DNA from: Tubulanus polymorphus
Taxonomy: Eukaryota; Animalia; Nemertea
Assembly (NCBI RefSeq): GCF_964204645.1
Contig: NC_134036.1
Span: 7,240,704 to 7,265,233 of the forward strand
Length of the DNA stretch: 24,530 nucleotides
Reading direction: 5' to 3'
Shown here: positions 8,641 through 19,808 of the stretch, one piece after another
How positions within the stretch are numbered: the stretch's first letter is position 1
Layout: each line of letters begins with the position of its first letter
Notes under the pieces: model-generated
What the model saw: the letters and a program-made list of their open reading frames with translations, nothing else
Databases searched by the model: none
What the model was told of the DNA's origin: nothing
Program-made: the position numbers and the translations under genes

Positions 8641-9394
8641 AATGGTGCCCTAGCCGTGGGGGCCGTCGGCGCATCACAGTTCGCACAGTTTGTTGCTTAT
8701 GCTATGTTATGATTTAAGCACACGTGCCTAGCCGAAATTAGTTAGAACTGATTTAAAGATCGAAGAATTTTGGGGTTGTTAGAACTCCGGTTACGAAATT
8801 AGATAAATAGAATTAGATAAAAATTACTCCACGTGCTAAACCTATTGTACACAAAACACTGCTGACCCCCCACGATGACGTCACTTCTAATAGAGATGAT
8901 CGTCAAATTAAGGTGGAGTTGCTATAGTTAACAGTGCACCGTATACGAAGTATGAATGCTGAATGGATATTTGGTATTTTTCTGGTAAACTCGATCAAAT
9001 TCGTTAGGTTTTGTTTACTGAATGTTTTTCATCAAGCACTATAGTAAGTTGAAACGTGAATTCGAAAAAAAAATTAATTCGTATTTGTGTATGTGTGTGA
9101 TGTGAGAGGATAATAAGCAATAAAAAAGAAGAAAACCATCGATTTGTTGAAGATGAATTTTGAGTCCGCGTAGTAATTTATGTAGCTGTAGGTATGTATG
9201 TAATTTACAGAATATCACAATGCACTGTATACATTGAATACCGGTTCTATGTGTTAAAATGTGAATAAATCCTTGAAATCAATAGTTATTTTTGACTGAA
9301 TTTCTAAAGCGGATTTTCAGACAGAAATACTTACGAATTTCTCGGCCCCGTAAAATTATATTATGTAAACATTTACTACATATTTACATGCATG

Positions 9395-11558
9395 TGTGGC
9401 GAAAATTGTCAATATCTGGGGTGGGTTTGACCACAAAATGTCGGTCTTTGGTGAAATTATATTATGTATTTCGGAATGGCCTTTAGCTGTTCTTTTCTCA
9501 TTGTTTCTTTTTAGATGTACGTATTCCGGGACGGGGCTGGGTGTTCTGCGGCGATGTTTCGGGATCTTTTCGGCTCAATTTCAATCTGACAGATTTTTGG
9601 CAGTCCTGTCAGATTCCAATTTCACGACCTGGGCAGGCCCCCGCGGTGTTGGCCACGCCACATCGCGGTGACATAAGCGATTTTTCGGCGCCTGTCCAGG
9701 CCATTCTTTTATCCTCCACCTACCTATTAGTGTGTGTTCTCCTTTTTATATTCGAGACCCAACTTCTTTGATTTTGGGCCGTTTTGGTTCCGTCTCGTCG
9801 CCGGAGAATTCTCCAGCCCTGCTCGTGTTTACGCTCGTTTTTACGACGCCGTTCGCTGGCGCCGCCTCACTTCCGTGTGAGCGTTTTCGCGGTGGTGCGG
9901 TTAACTCCGGTTTATTTTTAGTAAATATCTCCGTATCGGTCTTATAGTCGTCATTTTTCGCGTTAATCTTAAAATATTATAGAACTTAATTCTATTTCTC
10001 GCGTATGAAGTCTTTATTTAGGGTTTTATCATTCGTCACGGTCGAATGATTTCGCGTGCTCTACTTTGTCCGCGGATCGTATCACTGCTCGTCACGCTTG
10101 ACCAATCACCGCGTGCGTTGACCGCATTAAAACTATAAATTTGGCGCAATCGCGCTCATTGGCAACTTGGCTCTGGCAGAGCCACATTAGAAACTCTTCT
10201 TGCTGCCTCTTCGCCGTTTTACGAATCGGACGCTGTAAATCGTACAGATCATGTAAGAAGACAATTTTACTCTCTAATTAAGACACGGGCCTCCGGGTCG
10301 TCTGACCCCGGGATCGCTTCAGTGGTTTTTGACATCCCGCCCTCAGTGAGTCCCGAGTGCCGACGCACCCGGGGGTCGTGTAGTCGTCGGCCATGGGCTG
10401 CCGATAAACTCGTCACTTACAATCCTGTAAATATTGTAAATTCTCCGTCAGTTCATCGTCTGTTTAAATTCAATCCTCTGACGATGCCAACTTAACGCTC
10501 TCGTCGCTGTAATTAGTAATAGTAATAATAATAGTATGGTATATCTTCTGTGCTATTTCCGTAATTTTACTCCGAGATGTCGTTTCTGCTGACCATGAAA
10601 ATCACCTGTATTCAGTAATTCCTTTTTTGAACGAACGCGCGGTCGTTTCATCTTCTTGACGTCGCCTCTGAATTTCGACTCTTTGAGTTCGCGTCACCGA
10701 CATTTTGAATTTGGCGCGCAGTCGTTGATTAACGACAACGCTCGTCGTTAACTATTTGACGTTCCGTCGTGTAATTCTTATCGTTGATTGAAGACAACGC
10801 TCGTCGTTAACTATTTGACGCTCCGTCGTATAATTCTTATCGTTGATTGAAGACAACGCTCGTCGTTAACTATTTGACGCTCCGTCGTATAATTCTTATC
10901 GTTGATTGAAGACAACGCTCGTCGTTAACTATTTGACGCTCCGTCGTATAATTCCTATCGTTGATTAACGACCACGCTCGTCGTTAACTATTTGACGCTC
11001 CGTCGTATAATTCTTATCGTTGATTGAAGACAACGCTCGTCGTTGACTATTTGACGCTCCGTCGTATAATTCTTATCGTTGATTAACGACAACGCTCGTC
11101 GTTAACTACTTGACGCTTCGTCGTTAACATCTTAATCGTTGATTAGCTTCGACGCTCGTTTACTGAGACCTAAGTTATATTAGATACACACCGGAGTCCG
11201 CCGCGCCACCGCTTCTATTTGACGTTCGGTCGTCTCCTTTGTATGCTACCGTACATTGACTGTACCAAGGCTTTGCAAGCCACGAAGGGCACATTCTTTT
11301 TATATATCGAAATGTAAATAATCAAGGTGTTTTGCGTGTGGACATGATGTCCCCTTGGCATCAAGAACGATGAACTTTGTATTATAAGAAAATATATATA
11401 TTTAATAATTCGTACTACATTCCAATCAAACTTCGAATCTTGCGTTTATTTGATTCGCCGGCACTGGAAGGAAGGACGAGGATTTCTGTTTGTTTTCCTG
11501 CTGCATCGAACCCATTTAGTTCTACGTGAGGATCGTTCCCCTATTGACCGTCGCTACG
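9395..11558 (+). mobile_element. Long (~2.2 kb) LTR-like segment (possible solo LTR)
   Basis: Begins TGTGGCGA and ends TCGCTACG (imperfect terminal inverted repeat). Non-coding and CpG-rich, with CCAAT (10102), TATAAAT (10134) and an internal tandem array. No target-site duplication found, so boundaries are tentative. Confidence 0.45.
10722..11160. repeat. 59-bp tandem repeat, 7 copies plus a partial copy
   Basis: Unit TCGTTGATTGAAGACAACGCTCGTCGTTAACTATTTGACGCTCCGTCGTATAATTCTTA starting at 10722, 10781, 10840, 10899, 10958, 11017, 11076, with a partial copy at 11136. Confidence 0.97.
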
Positions 11559-12306
11559 GACAACACTTATGCATACGACTAGTTTGACAGATCTGGCATG
11601 AGTCGCAATTAGCTCCTGAGATGACGGGGGACAGCTATGTGCGAGAGGGCACTTGGAATGGGGGTAGCCATATCCGCCGAGTAATCAACACTGCGAGTTT
11701 CGTCCGAGGAAAGCCCCTAAAGCGGATTACTCTGAGGAGAGCGGGTTGGGGGGTCTGTATTGGCCACACAGATTAAGGCTACGTGGAGTAGGGAGGCGAC
11801 TGTTTGGAGGAGAGCGTACTGCTTAAGCGCCCTTTTTAGCGACATTTTTTAATAGAGGAACCGATTCTACATATTTTATATCATTTACTTTCCTGGGGAA
11901 GACAAGTCTCCTTGCCGTATTCACTACCCGAGTGCGGTCGACCCAGGCGGACCCGTGTAGCGAGCGCCCCGGCACAGCAGAGTGACTACGACTACGCTAC
12001 CTATGGACAACAGCAGTCACTACCTGAATTACTTTTTTTTTTTAATGTTTACACTACAACCGCTACACATGGAACTGAGTGCAAATGTCTAAGAAATCTC
12101 TCTGCTTCGGCAAGACTGGTAACAACGACGTTATAGTATTTTGAAGTGTAAATATTGCAAAAAATGTTACATGTGAGTTCGTGTTTGTTTCATTTCGTGT
12201 ATCCGCAGTCATTGGACTATCATTTCGTGTATCCGCAGTAACTGGACGTTGACTGTAATGATGTGTTATACATGATTCTTGAAAGTGACATAAGCAAAGA
12301 ATATAT

Positions 12307-15300
12307 TTACGTATTGACTTTTAACGTACCCGAGTTTATGCCTATATCGAACTTTATTCTTCCATACGGATCAATCGATGACACTTGCTCCGTTCTTTTC
12401 TCAAGTAAATGCTCCGCATCACAATTGATTCGAACGTTCCAGAAGTGAATAATGAGTCGCAGCACGAAAACGTGTTTTGCAGCACCCATCACGTCGAGAA
12501 AAAAATTTTCTTTTTTATCACAGAATTAATCTGTTCTTGCGATTCGCTATTTAGCCAACCACGTAACTGGCGCACATGGTTCATCCGTCTCAAAATATCT
12601 TTCTCGACGCTGGTGTTAGTTTCGTGAAAACGATTGAAATTACGTAGGTATCCGTTGTACGAGTGATTGGATGGCCACCTGTATTATTTACATAATCATG
12701 GTTGACAACTGTTCATATTTCAAGTGTCTTAAATAGGGTATATCAATGTCTAGTTTCTTTGTTTTTGGCCGCTGTGATATTTTCCTCGGTTGGTTCTAAC
12801 AGACGGCCTTCGTTAGGATGAAACATATTCGAAGTGCGTTGATTGCCGTGTTTTGTTACTATCCCAGCCAAGTCACTTATTACAACAGTCGGCTGGTGCT
12901 TCATGGAAAGTATCATGTGTACGTGATCTCTCGCCCCTTCTCCACCAAGTAACACCTTAATACCGTAGGCCACTCGATGTGGACATGTTACAGCAAGCCA
13001 ACCACCTGACAATAAAAATAAAGTCATATTATTCGAACGAACTTTATATTTAAGTTCGGAGAAACAACGAACATTGTTCCTTACCTGATGCTCCTCATAG
13101 TTTAACTAACTTTTCATAGTACTATTGTTACCATAGACCTTGCTTTAAAGCATTTTAAGCATACCCGTTTTCGATCCGGTCTTTTTTATTCCGATGCTTC
13201 TGCATGCTTTCTGAATGTCTTGTACTGTAATAATAGCGCTTATTCCATCTTGCCATTGTAGGTAAGAATTATTTAGTCATAATCTAGGTCTGTTAACTCC
13301 TTTCCACAGTGTCGTACATCAAATGTAATATCTGTTCGGTGGTTATCGTCAATTCATTGTCTTCATCATTGTTGTCGTCTTGGGACATGCAAACAGTTGT
13401 ATTTTTTGTACTCTGTATTTACAGCGGTATCACCGCTTCTACTTTTACGATCCATGGCGCCCAGTTACTAAAGTTTGGGGCTACTATCTTGTTTGCCATG
13501 CAACCTTAAATATGTACAAACGATTGCTGTAGCCACTATTTGAGATAAATGTGGCTACCTTCTAATGTTGAAAATGCTACCTTTGCTTGATTGATTGATT
13601 ATATCAGTTTCCACTTGCGATTAAAACGAATCAATATTTGCATCATCCGTGCAGTCGTCTGTTGGCTCTAATTCTGCAGCTGCAATAGAAAATAACGCGG
13701 ATGAATGACGTCCGTTGGTAGAAACAAACATATTTGTCTGATCTGCTAAAACTTGATTTATGCCTTACCATTGAGCCTGTTGGTTGAGTTTTATGTTCGA
13801 TGTTTCCTCTATGATTGACACCAAACGACCTACTGCTGTATGATTCTGAAATTATAAGACATAAAATTTCATGAACAATAGAATTAACAAAGTCATATTT
13901 GAACTTTACAGTGAGGTTGATACTTACCATCAAACCAGCTCGTAACCACAGACATAAACGAGTCGACAACAACAAACTGCCGTCGAAGATATGAATTCCC
14001 TCATCGTGCTCCTGATATCAAAACCAATGACCTCATTGTCGACATTGCCGAACGTATACTTCAATATCTTAAAAAAACAGTGTCATTGAACATTATATGA
14101 TTAGATAAGACAACATTTTAAATGCATGATTTTCGACTCAATTAAATAAATCCATTAAATAATCCAATCAAAATAACTTATGTGAATGGCAATAATATCG
14201 ACAATTTCCCCGCGAAACGTAAATCTGTGTTCGTGCAGTTCACATCCACATTTATGGCAACGATTTTTGCGAAGTCTAATCTGCGTGATTTGGCTTGGGG
14301 ATTGTACATGTCCCGGGATAACCGGGATTCGCTTGTAATTGCGTAAATAATGTGACAATTCGTCCAAAAGTTGACCCTGTGGCGGGTATGAATTGTCGAT
14401 GGAATGGTCAGCGTCTTGGTGTCCAGATTATTGGATTTCACGTCGGTGAATGCCAGATTTGATTGCAATGAAAACCACTTTGCAATAGACTTGTGGATAC
14501 AGCCTTTCCTGATGAGCATTTACAATTTAATTGTTATGCTTTCCGATCGAACGAAATGACACATCTACCATGCCGACTCCATGATCGTATTTCTCCGCAA
14601 AATATTGACATATGGATAAAGCGTTCACTTCTCATCCATACACTGATCAATGGAGCCTTTTTTGCAATGCCAACTGTGAACGCACTGGACAAGCATTTTT
14701 GCTATCTATTCCAATAATTTATCTATGTGCAAGTGACTCTAAACTGTCGTTTTTTAACTGTGTATTTACATATGGAAGGGCGTGAGTAGCACTTTTGACG
14801 TGTGGACTCTGGTATGCATTATTGCCACCTCGTGCAGACGCTTCTGATGCCGAGATGCACGTGTCGTTTTCGCAACTGAACATTGCAGGCGGCGATGCCC
14901 TTGCAATCACATGGATGGGGTATCCCGCTCCGTGCATAGAATTCGCGATCAAAAATATTCCCCGATTGGGGTCGACACCCGGGGTGGTGTCTGTTGGAAT
15001 CAATAATTGCAGGTGAATGCTGTGCCATATGCTTCTTTATATTTTTTCTATACCTAATGGTAGCATTGCAATGTGTAAATTTCACATTGTCCCATTTAGG
15101 GTTCGGCATTTCATTGACGGATACGACTGTTTCTAAGCGCGGATTCGGTACTTCGTTGGATACGACTGCTGCAGAGCGTGGGTTCGGCATTTCATTGACG
15201 GATACGACTGTTTCTAAGCGCGGATTCGGTACTTCGTTGGATACGACTGCTGCAGAGCGCGGATTCGGTACTTCGTAGACGGATACGACTTCTGCAGAGC

Positions 15301-15690
15301 GCGGATTCGGTACTTCGTTGACGGATACGACTGCTGAAGAGCGCGGATTCGGTACTTCGTTGACGGATACGACTGCAGCAGAGCGCGGATTTGGTACTTC
15401 GTTGACGGATACGACTGTTTTATTACATACGGCTAGATGTGTTTCGATATTTTCTCTCCGCGATATGATGGCCAAACACTCGGAGCAATGAAAATGGTCA
15501 TGTCCACTTTGGTTTCGGCAACAAACATGATGGCATGCGAGTATAAGTATATCTAGCAAAAGCAAAAAAAACAGAAAAAGAATAAAAAGCAATAATAATA
15601 CATCGCTTTCATCGTTGGTAGCCTTATATTCAAGAAATGCATAGTTCAGTTTACCTCTGTACAAAAACGCTGATTTTCTATGGCATAAGC
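12307..15690 (-). pseudogene. Spliced KDZ/Zisupton-related (HMGXB3-like) transposase pseudogene with zinc fingers, a SWIM-like and a CxC-type region
   Basis: Ordered minus-strand motifs: HFHCSEC; VDPNRGIF..YPIHV; CKC..GCIHKSIAKW; YQEHDEGIHIFDGSLLLSTRLCLWLR; NWAPWI..NTEYKK; GASG/GWLAVTCPHRVAYGIKVLLGGEGARDHVHMILSMKHQPTVVISD; RFHETN; LNSESQEQ; MGAAKHVF. Frame-restoring GT-AG introns at 15553-15654 and 13006-13084. Many stops and frameshifts; N-terminus missing. Confidence 0.85.
15098..15418 (-). repeat. Coding minisatellite, 8 units of 42/39 bp (VVSVNEVPNPRSAA) between two zinc fingers
   Basis: Visible in ORF 14819..15748. Units differ by whole codons; the last four form two copies of an 81-bp higher-order repeat. 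Confidence 0.95.
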
Positions 15691-15693
15691 TCC

Positions 15694-16603
15694 ACGCCAT
15701 CAGATTACTTGCCTTGTCCACACTGCAGAGGATATTACAAAAGAGCAAGTTTGTGGCGACACTGTGGAAAATGTCCGGCGAAACCAGTTAGCCATTCCAA
15801 AAAGAGAGTTCGAGTGCAGACGGAAGCTGCATCAATGTTACCTGGTTGTCAAGATGAGGCTTAGCTGAATTACTTGATACATTGCAGCATGATGATGTAT
15901 CAATGGTTGCTAAAACAGATGTCCTGAAAAAAGATGTCGCAAAAAGGTCATTGTCCAAACACAATAGAAAAAAAAACAAGTTTTCTTCATTAAAAAAGCA
16001 TATGAGGTTACTTGGTAGGCTTGTGCTTAAACTGCGAGAGATTTCAGATATTGTCCTGTACTGATGTTATACGGCCATGTAGCTTTGATGACATTGTAAG
16101 AGCAGTAAAGGAAATGGCAGGATTTTGATCCACAACATGGTGTCTACAAGGTGCCATCTTTAGCTTAAGCAGTTGGTCATGCTCTTGGGAGAGGCACTAG
16201 TTATCAAGTTCATAAAAACTCATGAAGATGAATATGAATATGAATGTGAAAAACACCTGTGCAAAGAACTAACACATATCAGCGTTATCGGTAAGTGGGG
16301 TAGCCATGTGCCAGTTATTTTGACACAAACTGTGACGAAGTATAATGATATTTTGATTGATCTGCGGTCCGTGGTGAGAGTCTCCGACAGAAATCCATAC
16401 ATATTTGCACGCCCATATGGTGCATCATTGAATGAAATTCGTGGTGCTGATTGTTTGCGATTGTATGCACATGAATGCGGGGCTAAGAAGCCAGAGTTAT
16501 TGACATCCACAAGATTGCGAAAACACATGGGTACTATGTCGCAGATTTTAAATTTGAAAAACCATGAATTGGATCTCCTGGCTCGGTATATGGGTCACGA
16601 TAT
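15694..16603 (+). pseudogene. Crypton-like tyrosine recombinase pseudogene (animal YR family), internally deleted and truncated
   Basis: DYLPCPHCRGYYKRASLWRHCGKC; HMRLLGRLVL; FDDIVRAVKEMAGF; YKVPSLA; VIGKWGSHVPVILT; NPYIFARP; IRGADCLR; LTSTRLRKHMGTMSQILNLKNHELDLLARYMGHDI. The expected continuation with the catalytic Tyr is replaced by the hAT end at 16604. Confidence 0.85.
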
Positions 16604-17005
16604 CAGGCGCGGATACAGGGGGTGGGTTCCTTGGGTTCGAACCCACCCCTTTTTGGACAAGTGCCCTTTTTAAAAACGCGCTGCTGAAAAATCCGGTGCT
16701 CGCACGTCGGCTATTTGCCGCCTCGCGTTGTCCGGTGTCTATGTCCGGGGCCGCGTTCCGGTACGCAACATGGCAACTCTCGCTAGCTGAAGTTATAAGA
16801 AATTTTTTTATTAACTTTCTCTGAATATGCCGCCAAAAGAAAGATATGGAAAACGAAAAAAGCAGGAAAATGTTGCGGCGGCGTCGAAAACTGCAAAAAT
16901 TACAGATTTGTTCAGGTAAAGATAGTGATCAGATGGAAATTTTGACGTTAAAACACGACAGAATTCGTTCGTCGAACGAAGGCCATATTACTACTAGTAG
17001 GCCTA

Positions 17006-17502
17006 CTGTCCGTCACACCTACTCTCCGTGCGACGTTTTGGTCCGTAATTTCATTAGTAAACCGTTTATCTACCTTTATTACACATCAATTTGTTAAGTG
17101 GGGACTTAGAAATTTAGAAATAAACACCAATTTTTACTAAAGGTGTTTTTGTTGTCATTTATGAGCGATAGTTTACTCAGCATACGCTCGTGTAATGCTG
17201 AAAAACTCCGCGGACGCTCGGAAACGTTACAGTGACGTCATTACCTGCTCGTTAGCATATCAAAATACAGTAGGTGGCGCCACGTAATGGGCCATAAATG
17301 CAGATTTTCAGCATCACGCGAGCGTATGCCAGGTAAACTATCGCTGACAGATAAAAATACAAACAAATCTATGACACTTCATCATTTATTTCTGAATGCA
17401 AATTCCTTACTGAACAAATTGATGCATAATTTTTAGAGATGAACCGATTATTCACGTAATTACGGACCAAAACGTCGCACGGAGAGCAGGTGTGACAGAC
17501 AG
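17006..17502. mobile_element. Foldback MITE with TA target-site duplication (Tc1/mariner-type)
   Basis: TA|CTGTCCGTCACACCTACTCTCCGTGCGACGTTTTGGTCCGTAATT ... AATTACGGACCAAAACGTCGCACGGAGAGCAGGTGTGACAGACAG|TA: 45-bp TIR with 2 mismatches; imperfect symmetry continues about 200 bp inward. Confidence 0.9.
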
Positions 17503-17710
17503 TAGTCTGTAAGAACTTCGTCCACCCATCATAACTGATGTATTTGGCGGCACTAGAATGGATTATGATTCCGATGAGAATTTATCAGGGGCACATTATT
17601 TTCATAACAAGGTCATTCTCATTTCGAACGGGTGAATGTTCTTTATTTTGATGAGGGCACCTAATTTTTCCTGCGGATCCAAATTTCAGAAAAGGGCCCT
17701 GCACCATATG

Positions 17711-18330
17711 TACTGATATAGGGGCACATAATTTTAACCCATGTTTCCGAATCTATAAAAGGGCACTGAAAATGTGGTAGATGTGTGAAAATGTGGTATT
17801 ACGATAATGCATAAGAGCCTATTATAAATTTCTTTATGTAGATCTGGTGTTGACGGCTGTCGAACCTGTTATTGTACATCCCGATGCAGAACCTGTAGAA
17901 CATATTGATGCGGCATTGGAGGAACATGTACCTCGCATAGGGTCAATATGCTCATTGGCACACTGTCTACGATATTTGTTTTGATGCAAAAAGGGCACTT
18001 AAAATGCGATAAATATACTGATAGGGGCACATAGTTCTCACCCGCGTTTTCTTATCTTAAAACAGGGCACTGAAAATGTGCCAAAAGTGTTTTTACGTAT
18101 TACGAATTTGCATAAGAGCCTATTATCAATTTCTTTATGTAGATCTGGTGTGACGGCTGTCGAACCTGTTATTGTACGTCCCGATGCGGAACCTGTAGAA
18201 CATATTGATGCGGCATTGGAGGAACATGCACCTCTAGGGTAAATATGCTCATCGGCAGATACACCTTCCTGTGATATTTGCATTGATACAAAAAGGGCAG
18301 TTTCAATATGATAAGCATGCTGACAGGGGT
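17711..18330. repeat. ~302-bp tandem duplication of an intron+exon unit in the hAT element
   Basis: GCATAAGAGCCTATTAT..ATTTCTTTATGTAGATCTGGTG..GACGGCTGTCGAACCTGTTATTGTAC.TCCCGATGC.GAACCTGTAGAACATATTGATGCGGCATTGGAGGAACATG occurs at ~17809 and ~18110; a third AGATCTGGTG exon start is at 18362. Confidence 0.92.
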
Positions 18331-19547
18331 ACACAAGTATCATAATATTTTCATATTCTGTAGATCTGGTGCGGCAGTGGTTGTTGAATCTGACAACTTT
18401 TTAGACCACGATGAATCGTCAGAGGGACATGATGTCATCAATGAAGAAATGGAGGGTGATGAGAACAACAACTCAATCGGCCATATGATAGGTATAATTT
18501 ACCTTAACATTCAGAATATTTGTCATAGCATGACATCAGCTATTCTATGCAAATCTAAAAAGTAACGCATGCAACCATTATTCAACATATGATTAAATAA
18601 TACTAAATACCAATAATTTCCTTTTTAGATGAAGGTGCCAAAGATGTTGGAACCTTTGTAGAAAGATTTGAAGGACTACAAAAATGGATAACGTAGAGAA
18701 AGCTGCTTATTTGGACAATGATTTCATACCGGGAAACAACTACGAATTTAAACATCAATTGATCCACAAGCCGTCGAAACAACGATACATTACATTGAGA
18801 TTCTAGAGAAGTTGGCTTTCTGATTATCCATGGTTAGTCTTTTCGCCAGCATTGCAGGGCGGTCTCTGCAAGTATTGCGTTATGTTTCTTCCTACTTTGA
18901 TGTATGTATATGAGGTAATTGTTATTTCACTGCTTTTGTGGTAGTCATGGGGCGAGTACCTGGGAACTAAAACGTAGGAAGGGTGCTTTCTTCATGACTT
19001 CCTAGAGGCAGTGGTTTAATTGTTACCACTAAAATCTTGTTTGGTAAACCGTAATTGTTGACTCTGTAGGCCTAATGTCTAGATAATCTTGTATGTCATA
19101 TTTACACAAACAAGTGAATTATCCAAATAGATTTATTCCATTCGTATCATATACGTATATAAGCATATATTAAGTTTTCTCTTGTTGTTCAATCGATTTG
19201 GGACCGTTCCATAGATGTAAGGCGTGAGTTATGCTTTGACTAATTTTAATTCGCAATTGTGAACTGGATGATGAGGCATTCTTCGTATTTTGTCAGATGA
19301 TCATTTCTATTTTTGGGACAACAGGTTGCAGTAAGCTGGAATTTTCGTACCTGAAAAGAAAAATTCCGTGCAAGTATTTTTCTATAACATATTCGGGATT
19401 CGAACTCAATAGCACTGCAAACAGATTAACTAGCGACACTGGGTCGTCAAAATTTGAATTAAGATCAAAATTATTTGGGATTCGAACCTAATAGAAACTA
19501 CAGCGACGCTGGAGCCATTCACATGTTATTGAAGTTCTGACATGTAG

Positions 19548-19692
19548 TGACGCCTGCGCACTCGACTGTTTTCTGGACTTAGAGAATTTTGATGGTAAGC
19601 GATTTTTTCTACCGGCCACAGTTAGGTTTCGCTCTGCGCATGTTCTGAATATACCGGAAGTAAACAAACCGTGACGTACGCGGAAGTAAAGT
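19548..19692. promoter_or_regulatory. Promoter-like cluster: NRF1-like (TGCGCA/TGCGCATG), two ETS (CGGAAGT) and CRE-like (TGACG) sites
   Basis: GACGCCTGCGCA ~19549, CTGCGCATG ~19634, ACCGGAAGTAAA ~19653, GTGACGTACGCGGAAGTAAA ~19671, upstream of the Ulp1 remnant. Confidence 0.4.
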
Positions 19693-19808
19693 TCAGCACA
19701 TGTAAGTCGCAATTGTAATTAATTCTTTTTCTCTCTTTCTTCTACATGAAATACGTGTGCCACAAATGATGTTTTTTCATGTCAAATGTATTTTGGACAA
19801 AAAGGAAG

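Larger units (their letters stand above)
16604..18897 (+). mobile_element. hAT DNA transposon, 5' part
   Basis: Starts CAGGCGCGGATACAGG (hAT-type TIR) exactly where YR homology stops. Subterminal GTGCCCTTTT / AAAGGGCAC motifs recur; a TTF zinc-finger exon lies downstream. Right TIR and second TSD copy not seen. Confidence 0.75.
16827..18897 (+). pseudogene. hAT transposase N-terminus (TTF-type zinc finger), spliced and decayed
   Basis: Exon 1 MPPKERYGKR..ENVAAASKTAKITDLF then a GT donor near 16916; acidic linker exons; last exon FIPGNNYEF...LRF*RSWLSDYPWLVFSPALQGGLCKYCVMF (ZnF_TTF signature). Catalytic domain absent. Confidence 0.75.

Noticed and set aside
9292-9947. Four overlapping short ORFs
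   Set aside because: Chance ORFs in the GC-richer LTR-like region; non-ATG starts and no gag/pol motifs.
10722-11160. CRISPR-like array
   Set aside because: Units are contiguous and near-identical with no unique spacers; no cas genes; eukaryotic context.
11705-11800. RNase P/MRP RNA (GAGGAAAGCCCC) or hammerhead (CTGAGGA)
   Set aside because: No matching P4 3' strand (CR-V) downstream, and no GAAA with suitable stems after CTGAGGA.
12191-12247. 30-bp direct duplication CATTTCGTGTATCCGCAGT
   Set aside because: Two copies only; an ordinary local duplication.
14795-15278. Plus-strand ORFs 14795..15016 and 14994..15278
   Set aside because: Antisense shadows of the KDZ exon and its minisatellite.
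14819-15748. 309-aa ORF as a single TM-containing protein
   Set aside because: The Leu/Phe-rich stretch is the polypyrimidine tract of intron 15553-15654, and the N-terminus is antisense to the YR gene.
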